A stretch of 64,000 bases of DNA, from contig NC_042997.1 of the NCBI RefSeq assembly GCF_006345805.1, forward strand, positions 111,104,001 through 111,168,000, given 5' to 3'. Position 1 is the first letter of the stretch. Every line of letters starts with the position of its first letter. This DNA comes from Octopus sinensis (taxonomy: Eukaryota). Shown one piece after another: positions 26,296-38,809 of the stretch. The notes beneath the pieces were generated by a model. The model was not told the origin of the DNA, searched no databases, and was given only the letters and a program-made list of their open reading frames with translations. The translations under genes were made by a program, and so were the position numbers.

Positions 26296-26350
<55 letters not shown>

Positions 26351-26373
26351 CATATGTATATATATATATGTAT

Positions 26374-26423
<50 letters not shown>

Positions 26424-26664
26424 CACACACACTCACACACACACAAATGCTCAAAATGCCAACAACTGATTAAGGGTCATTCTTTATGTTGTTTGTTTTA
26501 TTTTCCATTTGTGTCTTTCGTTATTCGAAAGAATAATTCATGTTCTATGTACTTGTGCTTTGTACTTTTTGTTGTACACGTTTTGTGATGTCCTGTGTCC
26601 ACATATGCATATATATACATATACATATAAATGTAAATAAGTACGTATACGTATGTATATACGC

Positions 26665-26736
<72 letters not shown>

Positions 26737-27429
26737 AAGTATAGATGTATATGTAAGGATATATATGTGTGTGTGTGTGTAGCCGTTACATCACCAGAGT
26801 TAATATAAACGAAAGACAGAAGATGTGCTGACGACATGTTGACTGTGTTTGTCAAGTGTTTTCAGTTTGGCTTTTTTTTAAAACAAGAATTTGCAATATT
26901 TTTGTTTTGGTTTCCATCAAAGATGCACTAGTAACACAGTCTGCTGTTGACACCACGCACCACTCCAGAATTGCTGTTTGCCCCCCAACCCCCACCCTCG
27001 GCTCCGCCACCGTCCCACTTCATTGCCCTGTTGTTGTTGTTGGTCAGAGTGTAGGTGAGGGGGAAGAAGGATGGTTCAATGATGTCTCTTTGTGATGCTG
27101 GTCTGGTGGTTTTGTATTTAGTGCAAAGTGACAATCGTATATAAACGAGCAAAGCTAATTAACTACGGAAGTAATGTTATATATTGTCCCATTTAATGGA
27201 ATGAGCGCACTTAAACACACACCTGTTTGCACTCAGTTTGCATAGGTGCACACAATTTTTTGCTTTTGTGCATTTTTTTAATTGTTCGTTACCCCCCCTC
27301 TTCCCGAATATAATACAAAATTAATGAAAGAAGCAATAATGCATCTTATCTTTTTCCTTTTTCATTTCCTCCACTGCTTTAGTCACAGCTTACAAAATGT
27401 GTGTGGGGGGGATAGAGGGGGGAATGTAT

Positions 27430-27581
27430 GGGTGTGTGTATGTATATATGTATGTATCTATGCATATGTATTATGTATATATGTGTGTGCATGTGAGTGT
27501 GTCGGTGTGTATATGTGTATATGTATATATGTATGTATGCATATGTATATGTATATATATTATATATATAATATATATATA

Positions 27582-27621
<40 letters not shown>

Positions 27622-27643
27622 TATATATATTATATATATATAT

Positions 27644-27674
<31 letters not shown>

Positions 27675-27681
27675 ATATATA

Positions 27682-27745
<64 letters not shown>

Positions 27746-28015
27746 TTAATATATATATACACACATACATACATTCATATATACATACATAATATATGTA
27801 TACGTATATGTATATATATATATATATATAAAAACATTAGTGGATCATACATTTCTCTCTCTTACTACATATCTATATGTATATATATTATATACATAAT
27901 ATATATGCATACATGTATACATACATACATACACACACTCATACATTCACACACACACACACACATACATGCATATACATCCATGATACACATACATACA
28001 TGATATATATATATA

Positions 28016-28063
<48 letters not shown>

Positions 28064-28302
28064 ATATATATATCATACCTATATATACATATACATATAT
28101 ACATGGATGTATTATATATGTATGTATGTTATGTTTGTATATATGTATGTGTGTATGTATATACAAATATATGTTGCTTCAAGCTCTTCTGTGTGTCTGT
28201 GTGTCCTATACATTGCATGTGTATTGTATGTACATACATGCATGCATGCATACATACATACATACATACATACATACATACATACATACATACATACATA
28301 CA

Positions 28303-28393
<91 letters not shown>

Positions 28394-28425
28394 TATGTGT
28401 GTATATGTTTGTGTATATATATAAA
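27430..28425. repeat. Compound (TA)n/(TACA)n/(CA)n microsatellite block
   Basis: Direct reading. Confidence 0.95.
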
Positions 28426-28688
28426 GAGCATTAATGGCTAATACAGACCGTATCATTAGCAGGGAAATACCGTACGCAGTGAAATAACCATTAATTACTG
28501 TACATAAGCTGCACATAAACTGCACCGAAGCTGCACACATAACGTACGATGCAGTTTTTTCCTTTTTTGTTGTATAATATTCTGCATTTCTGCACTGGTT
28601 TTGTGCTACCTTACTATGCCTGTTGCAGCTGCACAATTCTCTCTCTGCTTCTTGTAATTTGTTGCATCTATATTGCATCTGTTACAGC

Positions 28689-28958
28689 ACGTGGCCCAGC
28701 GGCTGGCGTACGGCACTCACGATCGATAGAGCATCGATTCAATTACGGGGCCAGGCAGCATTTTGTGTTCTTGAGCAAGACTCTTCATTTCACATTGCCA
28801 GTGGGTGACCCTGCAATTAGTTAGCCTTCCTAACCAACAGGGGTCTTGACCTGTTCACCTAGCCAGTGGGGTGGCGTCATCTGAAAACTAAAATCGATGT
28901 AAAGCGCATTGTGACCAGTGATGTATAACAACATCTGATATTCTGGCTGATACTGTGA
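28689..28958 (+). mobile_element. tRNA-derived SINE family D
   Basis: Degenerate tRNA head; tail gtggcgtcat..aagcgcattgtgaccag..aacatctgata shared with 56188-56450. Confidence 0.7.
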
Positions 28959-29086
28959 TATTGCAACTATATTGGATATATGCTGCAACTATTGTGCATT
29001 TTATTGCATTTATATTGCATCTGTTCTCAGTAAGGAGGTTTGTCTTTGTTGTTAGGAAAAATGAAGAAAAGGCCAAAGTGTTTTGT

Positions 29087-29120
<34 letters not shown>

Positions 29121-29219
29121 TGCAAGCATGCCTGTTTGTGTATGTGTGTGTTTTTTTTGTATATCTGTGTGAGTATGTAGTGTGTGTGTGTGTGTGTCTG
29201 CATATGTAGGTAAGTCACC

Positions 29220-29500
29220 ATCGTCATCATCATCATCATGAACATCATTATCGTCATCCTTTAACATCCATTTTCTATGCGGGAAGGTATGACGTTGGAA
29301 GGTATGATAGGAGCTGGTAAGGCCAGAGGGCTGTGGCAAGCTTTGTTGCCTGTCTTGGCATGGCTTCTACAGCTGAATGCCCTTCCTAATGCCAACCACT
29401 TTAGAGAGTGTATTGGGTGCTTTTTACGTGGCACCAGCACCAACAGGGTCACCCAGTAATTTGCAAGACAAGAGAAAGCTTCCTCAACTGGGAAGAGGAG
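29220..29500 (-). mobile_element. Diverged RTE-type 3' tail
   Basis: (CAT)n tail; gcccttcctaatgccaaccact motif. Confidence 0.7.
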
Positions 29501-29516
29501 TAGAATTGGGAAAAGT

Positions 29517-30545
29517 ATCAGGTCATCCCATAAATTCTGTCCAAATTTTGAATAAAGAAAACAAGTTATCAAATATTTATATTTAATTGAAATTTAATCA
29601 TCAATGTACTTTCCCTGATTATGTATGACTTCCTTCAATCTTTTTACAAGCTTTTTAATCTCATCAATGTAAAACTCTTTTGATTTCAAAGCGAAGAACT
29701 CTGAAATGTCAGTTTCAACCTTCTCCTGGTTTGCGAAAGTTATGTCCCCCAAATGATTCTGTAAACTACAAAACAAATGGTATCCTGAAGGAGCAAGGTC
29801 AGGAGAATAAGAAGTATGAGGATTTTTTCCCAACAAAGCTCTTCGATCTTCTGTGATGTGAAACAATGTGGGGTCACACATTGTTTTGATGAAACATCAT
29901 TCCTTTTCGATTCACTAAAGCAGGTCTTTTTTTCTTCAAAACTTGGTTCAAATACTCTAATTGCTGACAGTAGACTTGAGCATTGATTGTTGCATTAGGT
30001 GATAACAATTCAAAGTGAATTACTCCTTTGCAATCCCACCAGATAGAGAGAAGAACCTTTTTCCACGAAGTTCCCTTTTCAGTTGTGGTTGAGCTTTTTC
30101 CCTTTTACCAAGCCACTGTTTATGACATTTAACATTTCGATAGAAGATCCGTTTTTCATCACTAGTCACATGTCTATCCAAAAAGGGTGAAATGAGTTCA
30201 CAAGAATGGAGAGGAGAGCAGATGTCAATTTGGGATTTGCGGTTACTTTCAGACAGTTCATGAGGCACCCATTTTCCAAGTTTAGGAACCTTTCCAAGTT
30301 GTTGAAGATGACGATCAATGGTTGTATGGTTTGAACTAAGCTTTATTGCCAATTCTCCAACTGATAATGCAGGATTTTCTTCCAGTAACGCCTAAAGGTG
30401 CTTATCATCAAACTCAACTGGATGTCCTGTTCGATCTTCATCTTCTAGGCTGAAATCTCCACTTCTGAATTTTGCAAATCATCTTCTGCAAGTTCTTTCA
30501 TTCAAGCATTCTTTCCCATAAACTGAGTGTATGTTTCAAGTCACT
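29517..30545 (-). mobile_element. Mariner remnant, same family as 16895-17977
   Basis: WVPHEL, VTSDEKRIFY, YSPDLAPSGYHLF; TIR caggtcatcccataaattctgtcc at about 29519-29542. Confidence 0.9.
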
Positions 30546-30849
30546 GTATGTATTGATCAAAACTTTGGGTTTCACATTAACCAATTATTCAAACTATTGA
30601 GGAAGAGAAGTAGAGGATGACAATATGTGAGTAAAAATATTTGGAGACATTGCAATATGAGTGAAAAATAAGCTGAGATTTGATTGGTTGATGAAAATAA
30701 CGAGAAAACGTGTATACAATTGTTTTGTGCAGAATACAAAGTGCATGCATTTATTCTTGTGCGTGGGAAATTCTTGTGTTCAGTTTCATATGTATAAATC
30801 ATATATAAGCAAAGAAGTTGGCCAATGTTAATGACAGGGTTGTTAAACA

Positions 30850-31625
30850 TCATCATCATCATCATCACCGCTTAACATCCGCTTTCCATGCTGGCATGGG
30901 TTGGATGGTTTGATTGGGGAGTGGCAATCCACGAAGCTCCAGTCTGATCTGGCAAGCTTTCTGCAGCTGGATGTCCTTCCTAATGACAACCACCCCGAGA
31001 GTGTAGTGGGTGCTTTTTGCATGCCACCAGCACAGGAGCCAGTCAGGGAGGGAGGATTGATATCAACCGAAGCTGTATTAAGACCAAAAGACAATCCATG
31101 AAGATTGTCTCTCCATCTTAATGTGCATGTTTTGATAGAAAAACAAAAACTATGGTATTCGTCATGAGAGATTCTCTCACCATCATCATCATCATTGTTT
31201 AACATCCGTTTTCCATGCATGGGTTGGATGGTTTGACCGGGGTCTTGGAAGCCAGGAGGCTGCACTAGGCTCCAGTCTGATCTGGCAGTGTTTCTACAGC
31301 TGGATGCCCTTCCTAACGCCAACCACTCCGTGAGTGTAGTGGGTGCTTTTTACGTGCCACCAGCACAGATGCCAGGGGAGGCTGGCAGCGGCCACGATCA
31401 GTTGGTGCTTTTTATGTGCCACTGGCACAGGTATCACAACTACAATTTCCATTTGATTTTTATTTTGATGTTGATGCACTTGACTCAATAGGTCTCCTCA
31501 AGCACAGCAGGTCACGTACCACAGGCACAGAAGTCAGTCAGCGCGGCACTGGCATCGGCCACATTCGGATGGTGCTTTTTACATGCCACTGGCACAGGTA
31601 TCACAACTACAATTTCCATTTGATA
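30850..31625 (-). mobile_element. Two RTE 3' tails (about 30850-31050 and 31180-31625)
   Basis: Match the RTE 3' UTR. Confidence 0.8.
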
Positions 31626-32787
31626 TATGGACGCATAGTGTATAAAAGCAAAGCCTTCTGGCTATTTGCAACATCAGTGCCCAAAAAGGCCCTGTAATTC
31701 TATATATCATTGGCAGTGAAATTTGGCTGATATACAGTGAGTGGATACCTATCACTGAAGAGACGCAGTACATTGAAATCACGTGATCTGACAGTTCCAG
31801 CACTCATAGCAGACAATTTTCTTCAACCAGAGATATAAATATGTGTTCTTTTAATGCACAATGCATCCATTTGGCAGGATCTCTCAAAACAAATACCACA
31901 GTATTTGGCATTAAGCCATATCCATTCTGAAGGAAATACACTATTTTAATTAGTTGGTTGTAACAAGTTCCTTGGTAATTAGTTTAATTAAGAAATTGTT
32001 TGACTATACGGCACTTTATTACAATGGCGCTTTAAAAACAAAGGATTCAAAGACAGAATATTTTACATTCAGAACAATCCAAATATTCAGAAATGCAAAA
32101 AAAAAAATTTAATTAAATGATATATGGTACAAGCCTCGTTATAGTTTCTGTTTTCTTGCTGTTGGGATTTTCTTAAACTCCATAAAGAACCAGTTCACAA
32201 TAGACTTTTTCACGTAAGCTAATAAACTTTGTTGCTTAGATGACCAGTAAAAATGGAAGAAACATTTTCTGTAAAACAGACAAAACTCATATTCTCCTCT
32301 ATGTAATGTTAACAATCATCATATCTTCTCTCTCTATAGAATGCGTCTGTCTAAAACTTTGGCCTATTGAGTTATGGTTTCTCTTCACAAATAATAGTGA
32401 AACACTGATGAACACCACAGAACAACTTCCACCACCACCACCACCACTGCCACATTTATATACAAAACAAGCTTTTTCCAGTTCTGTCAACCAAACCCAC
32501 TCACAAGGCTATTGTAGAAGACACTTGCCTCAGGTGCCACACAGCAGGACTGAACCCGAAACCATGTGGTTGGGAAACAAACTTTTTATCCCCACAGTGA
32601 AAAGTTGAATGTAAGTTGGAGAAGAACAGGAAGTAAATTAGCTTGTCTCTGTTAACCTGTATTTAACCTGTGAATGTTCACTTACACAATTGAACTTAGC
32701 TAAGTTTGGCAGTTGAATGTGGCTAAGTTTGGCAGTTGACCCTCACAAATTTCTAAGGATCAATGCTGAGAACAATGGAAAAAATGT

Positions 32788-32950
32788 AGGCGTAGGAGTG
32801 GCTGTGTGGTAAGTAGCATGCTTACCAACGACATGGTTCTGGGTTCAGTCTCACTGCGTGGCACCTTGGGCAAGTGTCTTCTACTATAGCCTCAGGCTGA
32901 CCAAAGCCTTGTGAGTGGATTTGGTAGACAGAAACTGAAAGAAGCCCATC

Positions 32951-33004
<54 letters not shown>

Positions 33005-33192
33005 GTGTGTGTTTGTGTGTCTGTGTCTGTCCCCCTAGCATCGCTTGACAACCGATGCTGGTGTGTTTACGTCCCCGTAACTTAGTGGAATAAGTACTAG
33101 GCTTACAAAGAATAAGTCCTAGGGTCGATGTGTTCGATTAAAGGTGGTGCTCCAGCATGGTCACAGTCAAATGACTGAAACAAGTAAAAGAG
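32788..33192 (+). mobile_element. SINE family A, full length (partial minus-strand copy at 32470-32590)
   Basis: Matches the family A consensus. Confidence 0.9.
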
Positions 33193-33579
33193 GTAGGTTT
33201 TGATTCCTGGCAAAGAATCCAGGAAACGATTTGTTTCTCATACCTAAGCATTGTTTTTATTGCCAAATGATGATGTTGTAATAGGGATTCAAAACTGAAC
33301 TGCTCGATCATGCATCACAACTGAACCACAACAGTGTCGTGTAATTCAATCTTCTAGAATCTTCTTCTTGTACCTTATAAAAGGCTACATTTGCTCGTAT
33401 GTGTTGGGGTGGAGGTCATTAATAGTAGAATGTTGAGGCAGCTGAGAGATACGTGTTTCAATTCTTGTCATACCAGACTGTGTGAACTTTTACCAGCCAG
33501 CCAATACAGGAAGATGGCTAAGACAGATGGTGCAGACAGAAGACGGTAAGCTCGGTCACCACAAATATAGCACAATTCA

Positions 33580-33900
33580 TCATCATCATCATCATCATTT
33601 AACGTCTGTTGTCCATGCTGGCATGGGTTGGCTGGTTTGACCAGAGCTGGTGAGCTGGGAGCTGTACCAGATTCCAATTGTTTGTTGTAGCATGGTTTCT
33701 ATGGCTGGATGCCCTTCCTAACGCCAACCACTTTACAGAGTGGGCTGGCTGCTTTTACGTGGCACCACATGGATGCTTTTATGTGGTGCCACATGGGAAT
33801 TTTTACGTGACACTGCACAAGCACTTTTATGTGACTCTGCCATGAGTGCCTCACACAACCAGAAGGATTAGTCTCAACACTTCTGTTGCAGGGGATGGGT
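33580..33900 (-). mobile_element. Diverged RTE-type 3' tail
   Basis: (CAT)n tail; ggatgcccttcctaacgccaacc. Confidence 0.7.
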
Positions 33901-34321
33901 CTCGAGTTTGGCCAGGCGCCAGGTGTCTTAGTCTTTTTGTCATCTCGTCTGAAAGGTTGAGCTTCCTGAGGTACTTCATCCTTGTTCTTCAGTGTTTCCA
34001 GTTATTACAGTTCTATATTTAAGAGATGAGGAATTATGTACATTATTTACATTTGACGGATATTTGTCCTCATCTTGTTTGTTGTTAACACAACGTATAC
34101 CCTCCAGCCTTCATCAGGTGTCTTGGGGAAATTTTGAACCTGGGTTCTCATTCCTAAGGTATTTTTTAATGTTATTATTATTATCACTACGCCATATACC
34201 TGTTCGTTAAGTGCACGGGCTACTAACTCCAAGATTCCAAGTTTGAATCCAGGCAGTGACCTGAACAATAATAATAATAATGATGATGATAATGATTATT
34301 ATTATTATTATTATTATTATT

Positions 34322-34359
<38 letters not shown>

Positions 34360-34364
34360 AATAA

Positions 34365-34530
34365 TAATGGGGCTGCAATAAGAGTGGAGCACTTTCAGGA
34401 AACAGCACTGCTTGGGAACCACTTGAATACTCTGGAAGGTACTCAAAAAATAAGAGGTGTTACCTTAGTTCACTGGTAGTGAACAGCTGACATGGTAGTA
34501 CATCTCCAGCATTAGAAGCTGTGCAATGGC
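34365..34530 (+). mobile_element. Dong-A 3' end stub
   Basis: Matches 16420-16560 (aacagcactgcttgg...ggtactcaaaaaataag...gcattagaagctg) and ends in (TAA)n. Confidence 0.8.
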
Positions 34531-34560
<30 letters not shown>

Positions 34561-34561
<1 letters not shown>

Positions 34562-35116
34562 GCCCTGATGCAGTACTAGGCAGTGGCTCTCATGGCTTCT
34601 GATCTTAACTGATTGGAAGTGTTATCATGTACATTGTTTTGTCTTGGTATAAAAGATGGGCTACAGCAAATATTCTGCTTAATACCACAGATTTGCTTGT
34701 CAGTTGTTTGACCTTAACCAGTTGAGCATGTTTCTTAGTGGCTGACGATATGTGCATCTCTGATTACGAGCAGAAGTAGTGGGGGAGCATCATAGCCATG
34801 TGTTGAGAGGGATTCTTTGGGGTTTGAATAATTCACCTCTGGAAACATGTGTGTTTTGTTCAACATCCCTAAACAACCCTTATTCAGGGACCGTTTGAGC
34901 GGGATGGGCTACTCAACCTGAAGAAAATTCTAACTGGGCCCCACCTGCAAGGTCATGTGCTGTTTATCTTGATATGAAATCACCATGTCGTGCACATATG
35001 GTTGTGATGCATGTGCCTGGTGTACCTTTATCAGACGGGTAGTCATGATGGGTATATTGGGCTTCGTATATTTTACCCCAGTGTCACTTTGATGGCATGA
35101 ACTGCTCTCTCACTCA
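34561..35116 (+). mobile_element. Unclassified ~555-bp non-coding segment bounded by (TAA)n
   Basis: (TAA)n on both sides, no ORF; strand inferred from the tail. Confidence 0.5.
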
Positions 35117-35130
35117 ATAATAATAATAAT

Positions 35131-38100
35131 AAGCGATCAATGCTTTAGCCATACCAGTCATGACTTACAGTTTCAATATCGTTAACTGGTCAATTACTGA
35201 AATATGTAATCTGGACAGAAAAATACGAAAACTGTTGACAATGCATAGAATGCACCACCCTAAGGCAGATATAGAACAACTTTATCTACCAAGAAAAGAG
35301 GGAGGCTGTGGGCTTTTACAACTGGCAATAACAATGAAGGTTGCTACAATTGGCTTAGACACCTACCTGAAAAACTCTGAGGACTGGATGTTAAAACTTG
35401 TCTCAAAACATGAAAACAAGAAAGCATCATACTCAGTAACAAAACAGGCAAAAGAATATCTAAGTGAATTCCAAATACAACAAATTCCGGAATTAGACAC
35501 ACAAGAAATAAGCACAGAAAAAGCTAAGCACATGAAAACCCGTGCTATAACTGCTGCCTTAGATATTCTGAATGATAAATGGCAAGAAAAACCTCTCAAT
35601 GGCAAATATCCAAAGAGAGTGAATAATGCAGATGTTGACAAAGCCCTGACCCATCAATGGCTAATGGCCTCTAGGCTTAAAATCTGAAACAGAAGGGTTT
35701 ATCATAGTAGCTCAAGATCAATGCCTACCTACAAGGAACTACCAGGCCAACATATTAAAGAACGGCAGTAGCCCAACATGTCGTGTATGTCAACAACAAA
35801 ATGAAACCACTGATCATTGCGCCTACAGAGTATCTCAACAGGAATGATAGAGCTGCACAATATATTCACTGGGTAATTTGCAAAAACCTGGACCTGCCCC
35901 ATGATAAAAACTGGTGGGAACACAAACCACCTCCAATGCTTGAAAATGACCACATCTCACTCCTCTGGAACTTCACCATTCAAACTGACAGAAAGATAGA
36001 AGCGAATAGGCCAGACATCATAGTAAAAGACTTCAGACAAAAAACATGCCTCCTCATTGATATGACTGTCCTAATCGATATAAACGTATCTGTCAAGACC
36101 TACCAGAAACTGAGCAAATATAAAGATCTGGAAATAGAAATCAGCAAAATGTGGAACCTAAAGACTAAAACAATACCTGTTGTCATAGGTGCCCTGGGAA
36201 TGATAGCAAAAGGGGCTGATTGCTACCTAACTCAGATACCAGGAAACCCCAAAATGGCAGAAATTCAAAAGATAGTGCTCATGGGAACTGCTCATCATCA
36301 TCATCATCATCGTTTAATGTCCGTTCTCCATGCTAGCATGGGTTGGACGGTTCGACCAGGGATCTGGGAAGCCAGAAGGCTGCGCCAGGTTCCGGTCTTA
36401 TCTGGCAATGTTTCTACAGCTGGATGCCCTTCCTAACGCCAACCACTCCGTGAGTGTAGTGGGTGCTTTTTACGTGCCACCTGCACTGGTGCCAGGCGAG
36501 GCTGGCATCGGCCACGGTCGGATTGGTGCATTTTACATGTCACCTGCACGGAAGCCAGTCGAGGCGGCACTGGCTTCGGCCACGATTCTGGATGGTGCTT
36601 TTTACCTGCCACTGACACGGAATCCAGTCGAGGCGGCGCTGGCATCGGCCACGATTCGGATAGTGCTTTTTACGTATCTCCAGTCCAGGGGGGTTGGCAT
36701 AGGTGCCTGTCGTCGGATGAGGTTCGATATCGACTTCGCTTGCCTCAACAGGTCTTTGTGTGTCCAAGGGAGGAAAGGCATGCATAAGTGGGCTGGACTC
36801 ACTTGTCCTGCCTGGTTTTTTCACGCACAGCATATTTCCAAAGGTCTCAGTCGCTGGTCATTTCCTCAGTGAGACCTAAAGTTCGAAGGTCATGCTTCAC
36901 CACCTCATCCCAAGTTTTCCTGGGTCTACCCCTTCCACGGGTTCCCTCCACTGCTAGGGATTGGCACTTTTTCACACACCTATCTTCATCCATTCTCGCC
37001 ACATGACCATACCAGCGCAATCGTCTCTCTTGCAGACCACAACTGATGCTCCTTAGGTCCAACATTTCTCTCAGGGTACTAATGCTCTGTCGAGCATGCA
37101 CACTGACATTACACATCCATCGGAGCATACTGGCTTCATTTCTCGCAAGCTTACGCATGTCCTCAGCAGTCACGGCCCACTTTCACTGCCATGTAGCATG
37201 GCTGTTCGTACACATGCATCATACAGTCTGCCTTTTACTCTGAGCGAGAGGCCTTTTGTCACCAGCAGAGGTAAGAGCTCCCTAAACTTTGCCCAGGCTA
37301 TTCTTACTCTAGCCGTTACACTTTCAGCACACCCACCCCCACTACTGACTTGGTCACCAAGATAATGGAAGCTATCAACTACTTCTAGTTTTTCCCCCTG
37401 GAAAGTGGTAGAAGTTGTTTTCTACAGATTTTCAGAGGTTAATGCTCCCGAGCATCTGCCACATACAAAAACCATCTTCCTAGTTAGCCTTCTTTTGACA
37501 TTGCTGCACCTCTTATGTGTCCATAGCTTACACTTGGTGCATCTTATAGAGTTTCTACCTACACCTTTTCTACAGATCGAGCAGGGCCATCTACCTGAAG
37601 GCGTTTGTGATTTGTCTACCTTCCTACTTATTACAACTTTGGTTTTAGCTAGATTGACTCTAAGGCCCTTCGATTCTAAACCTTGCTTCCACACCTGAAA
37701 CTTCTCCTCCAGTTCTGATAGTGACTCAGCAATTAGAGCAAGGTCATCAGCATAGAGGAGCTCCCAGGGGCATCCTGTCTTGAATTCCTCCATTATTGCC
37801 TGGAGGACTATGATAAATAGGAGGGGGCTGAGGACTGAGCCTTGGTGGACCCCTACCTCTACCCAGAATTCTTCACTGTACTCGTTGCCAACCCTCACCT
37901 TACTAGCAGCGTCCCTGTACATGGCTCGCACAGCTCTCACTAATCATTCATCTATCCCTAGTTTCCTCATTGACCACCAGATGAGGGATCGGGGGACCCT
38001 GTCAAAGGTTTTCTCCATGTCAACAAAAGCCAGGTACAGGGGCTTATCTTTAGCTAGGTATTTCTCCTGCAGCTGCCTTACCAGGAATATAGCATCAGTG

Positions 38101-38741
38101 GTACTTTTCCCTGGCACGAACCCAAACTGCATCTCATCTAAACTATCTCTCTCTCTAATTAGTTGGGTTATGACCCTCTCTGTAACCTTCATCACCTGAT
38201 CCAACAGCTTGATACCTCTGTAATTATTTGTATCTAGGGCGTCACCTTTACCTTTGTAGCAGTTGACTATTATGCTGCTACACCAGTCATTGGGTATGAT
38301 TCCTTCGTGTATCACCTGATTAACTATACGGGTGACTAGGCTTTAGCCGACACTACCAGATATTTTGAGCATCTCTGCAGTGATACCTGATGGGCCTGGG
38401 GCTTTCCCTGTCTTCATGCTTCTAATTGCCTTAACTACCAAGGAACTATCAACTCTGATAGCTGGTCCCTCTTTTGGGTCAACATTCGGCAGACTCTCTT
38501 CATCCCATTCATTTTCTCTCATATCCTACGCAAAATACTTTCTATCTAATCTCAAGTTTTAAAACAAACATAATTTTCATAAGGGTTCTTTAGGCATTCA
38601 CTAGTACAACACTAAGTACAAAACCAAATATATGGCACCTTAGGCATAACACCAACATGAACTTCCAACTTGTTGTCTCTTGAGGTCTCTGGGTGAGACT
38701 TGGAGCCAGCTTGTGCAAATGCAAAGCAAAAGTCAAACATA

Positions 38742-38745
<4 letters not shown>
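35131..38745 (+). mobile_element. R4/Dong-type LINE 3' part (Dong-B), split by an RTE insertion; pieces 35131-36295 and 38518-38745
   Basis: RMHHPKADIEQLYLPRKEGG, ANRPDII...LLIDMTV, GTAH joined across the RTE to ILRKILSI*; 3' UTR then (TAA)n. Confidence 0.9.
36296..38517 (-). mobile_element. RTE-clade LINE, 5'-truncated, with 3' UTR and (GAT)n tail
   Basis: KAPGPSG, CYKGKGD, FVDMEKTFDRV, YADD, GRGRPRKTW; TSD ctcat. Confidence 0.95.

Positions 38746-38809
<64 letters not shown>

Noticed and set aside
26860-27300. Enhancer-like unique sequence with homeobox, E-box and octamer-like motifs
   Set aside because: Short motifs are expected by chance; conservation data would be needed.
32120-32270. 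Strong minus-strand acceptor (gttttgtctgttttacag) as an exon start
   Set aside because: Two frames stop quickly, the third ends without a good donor; no product recognised.
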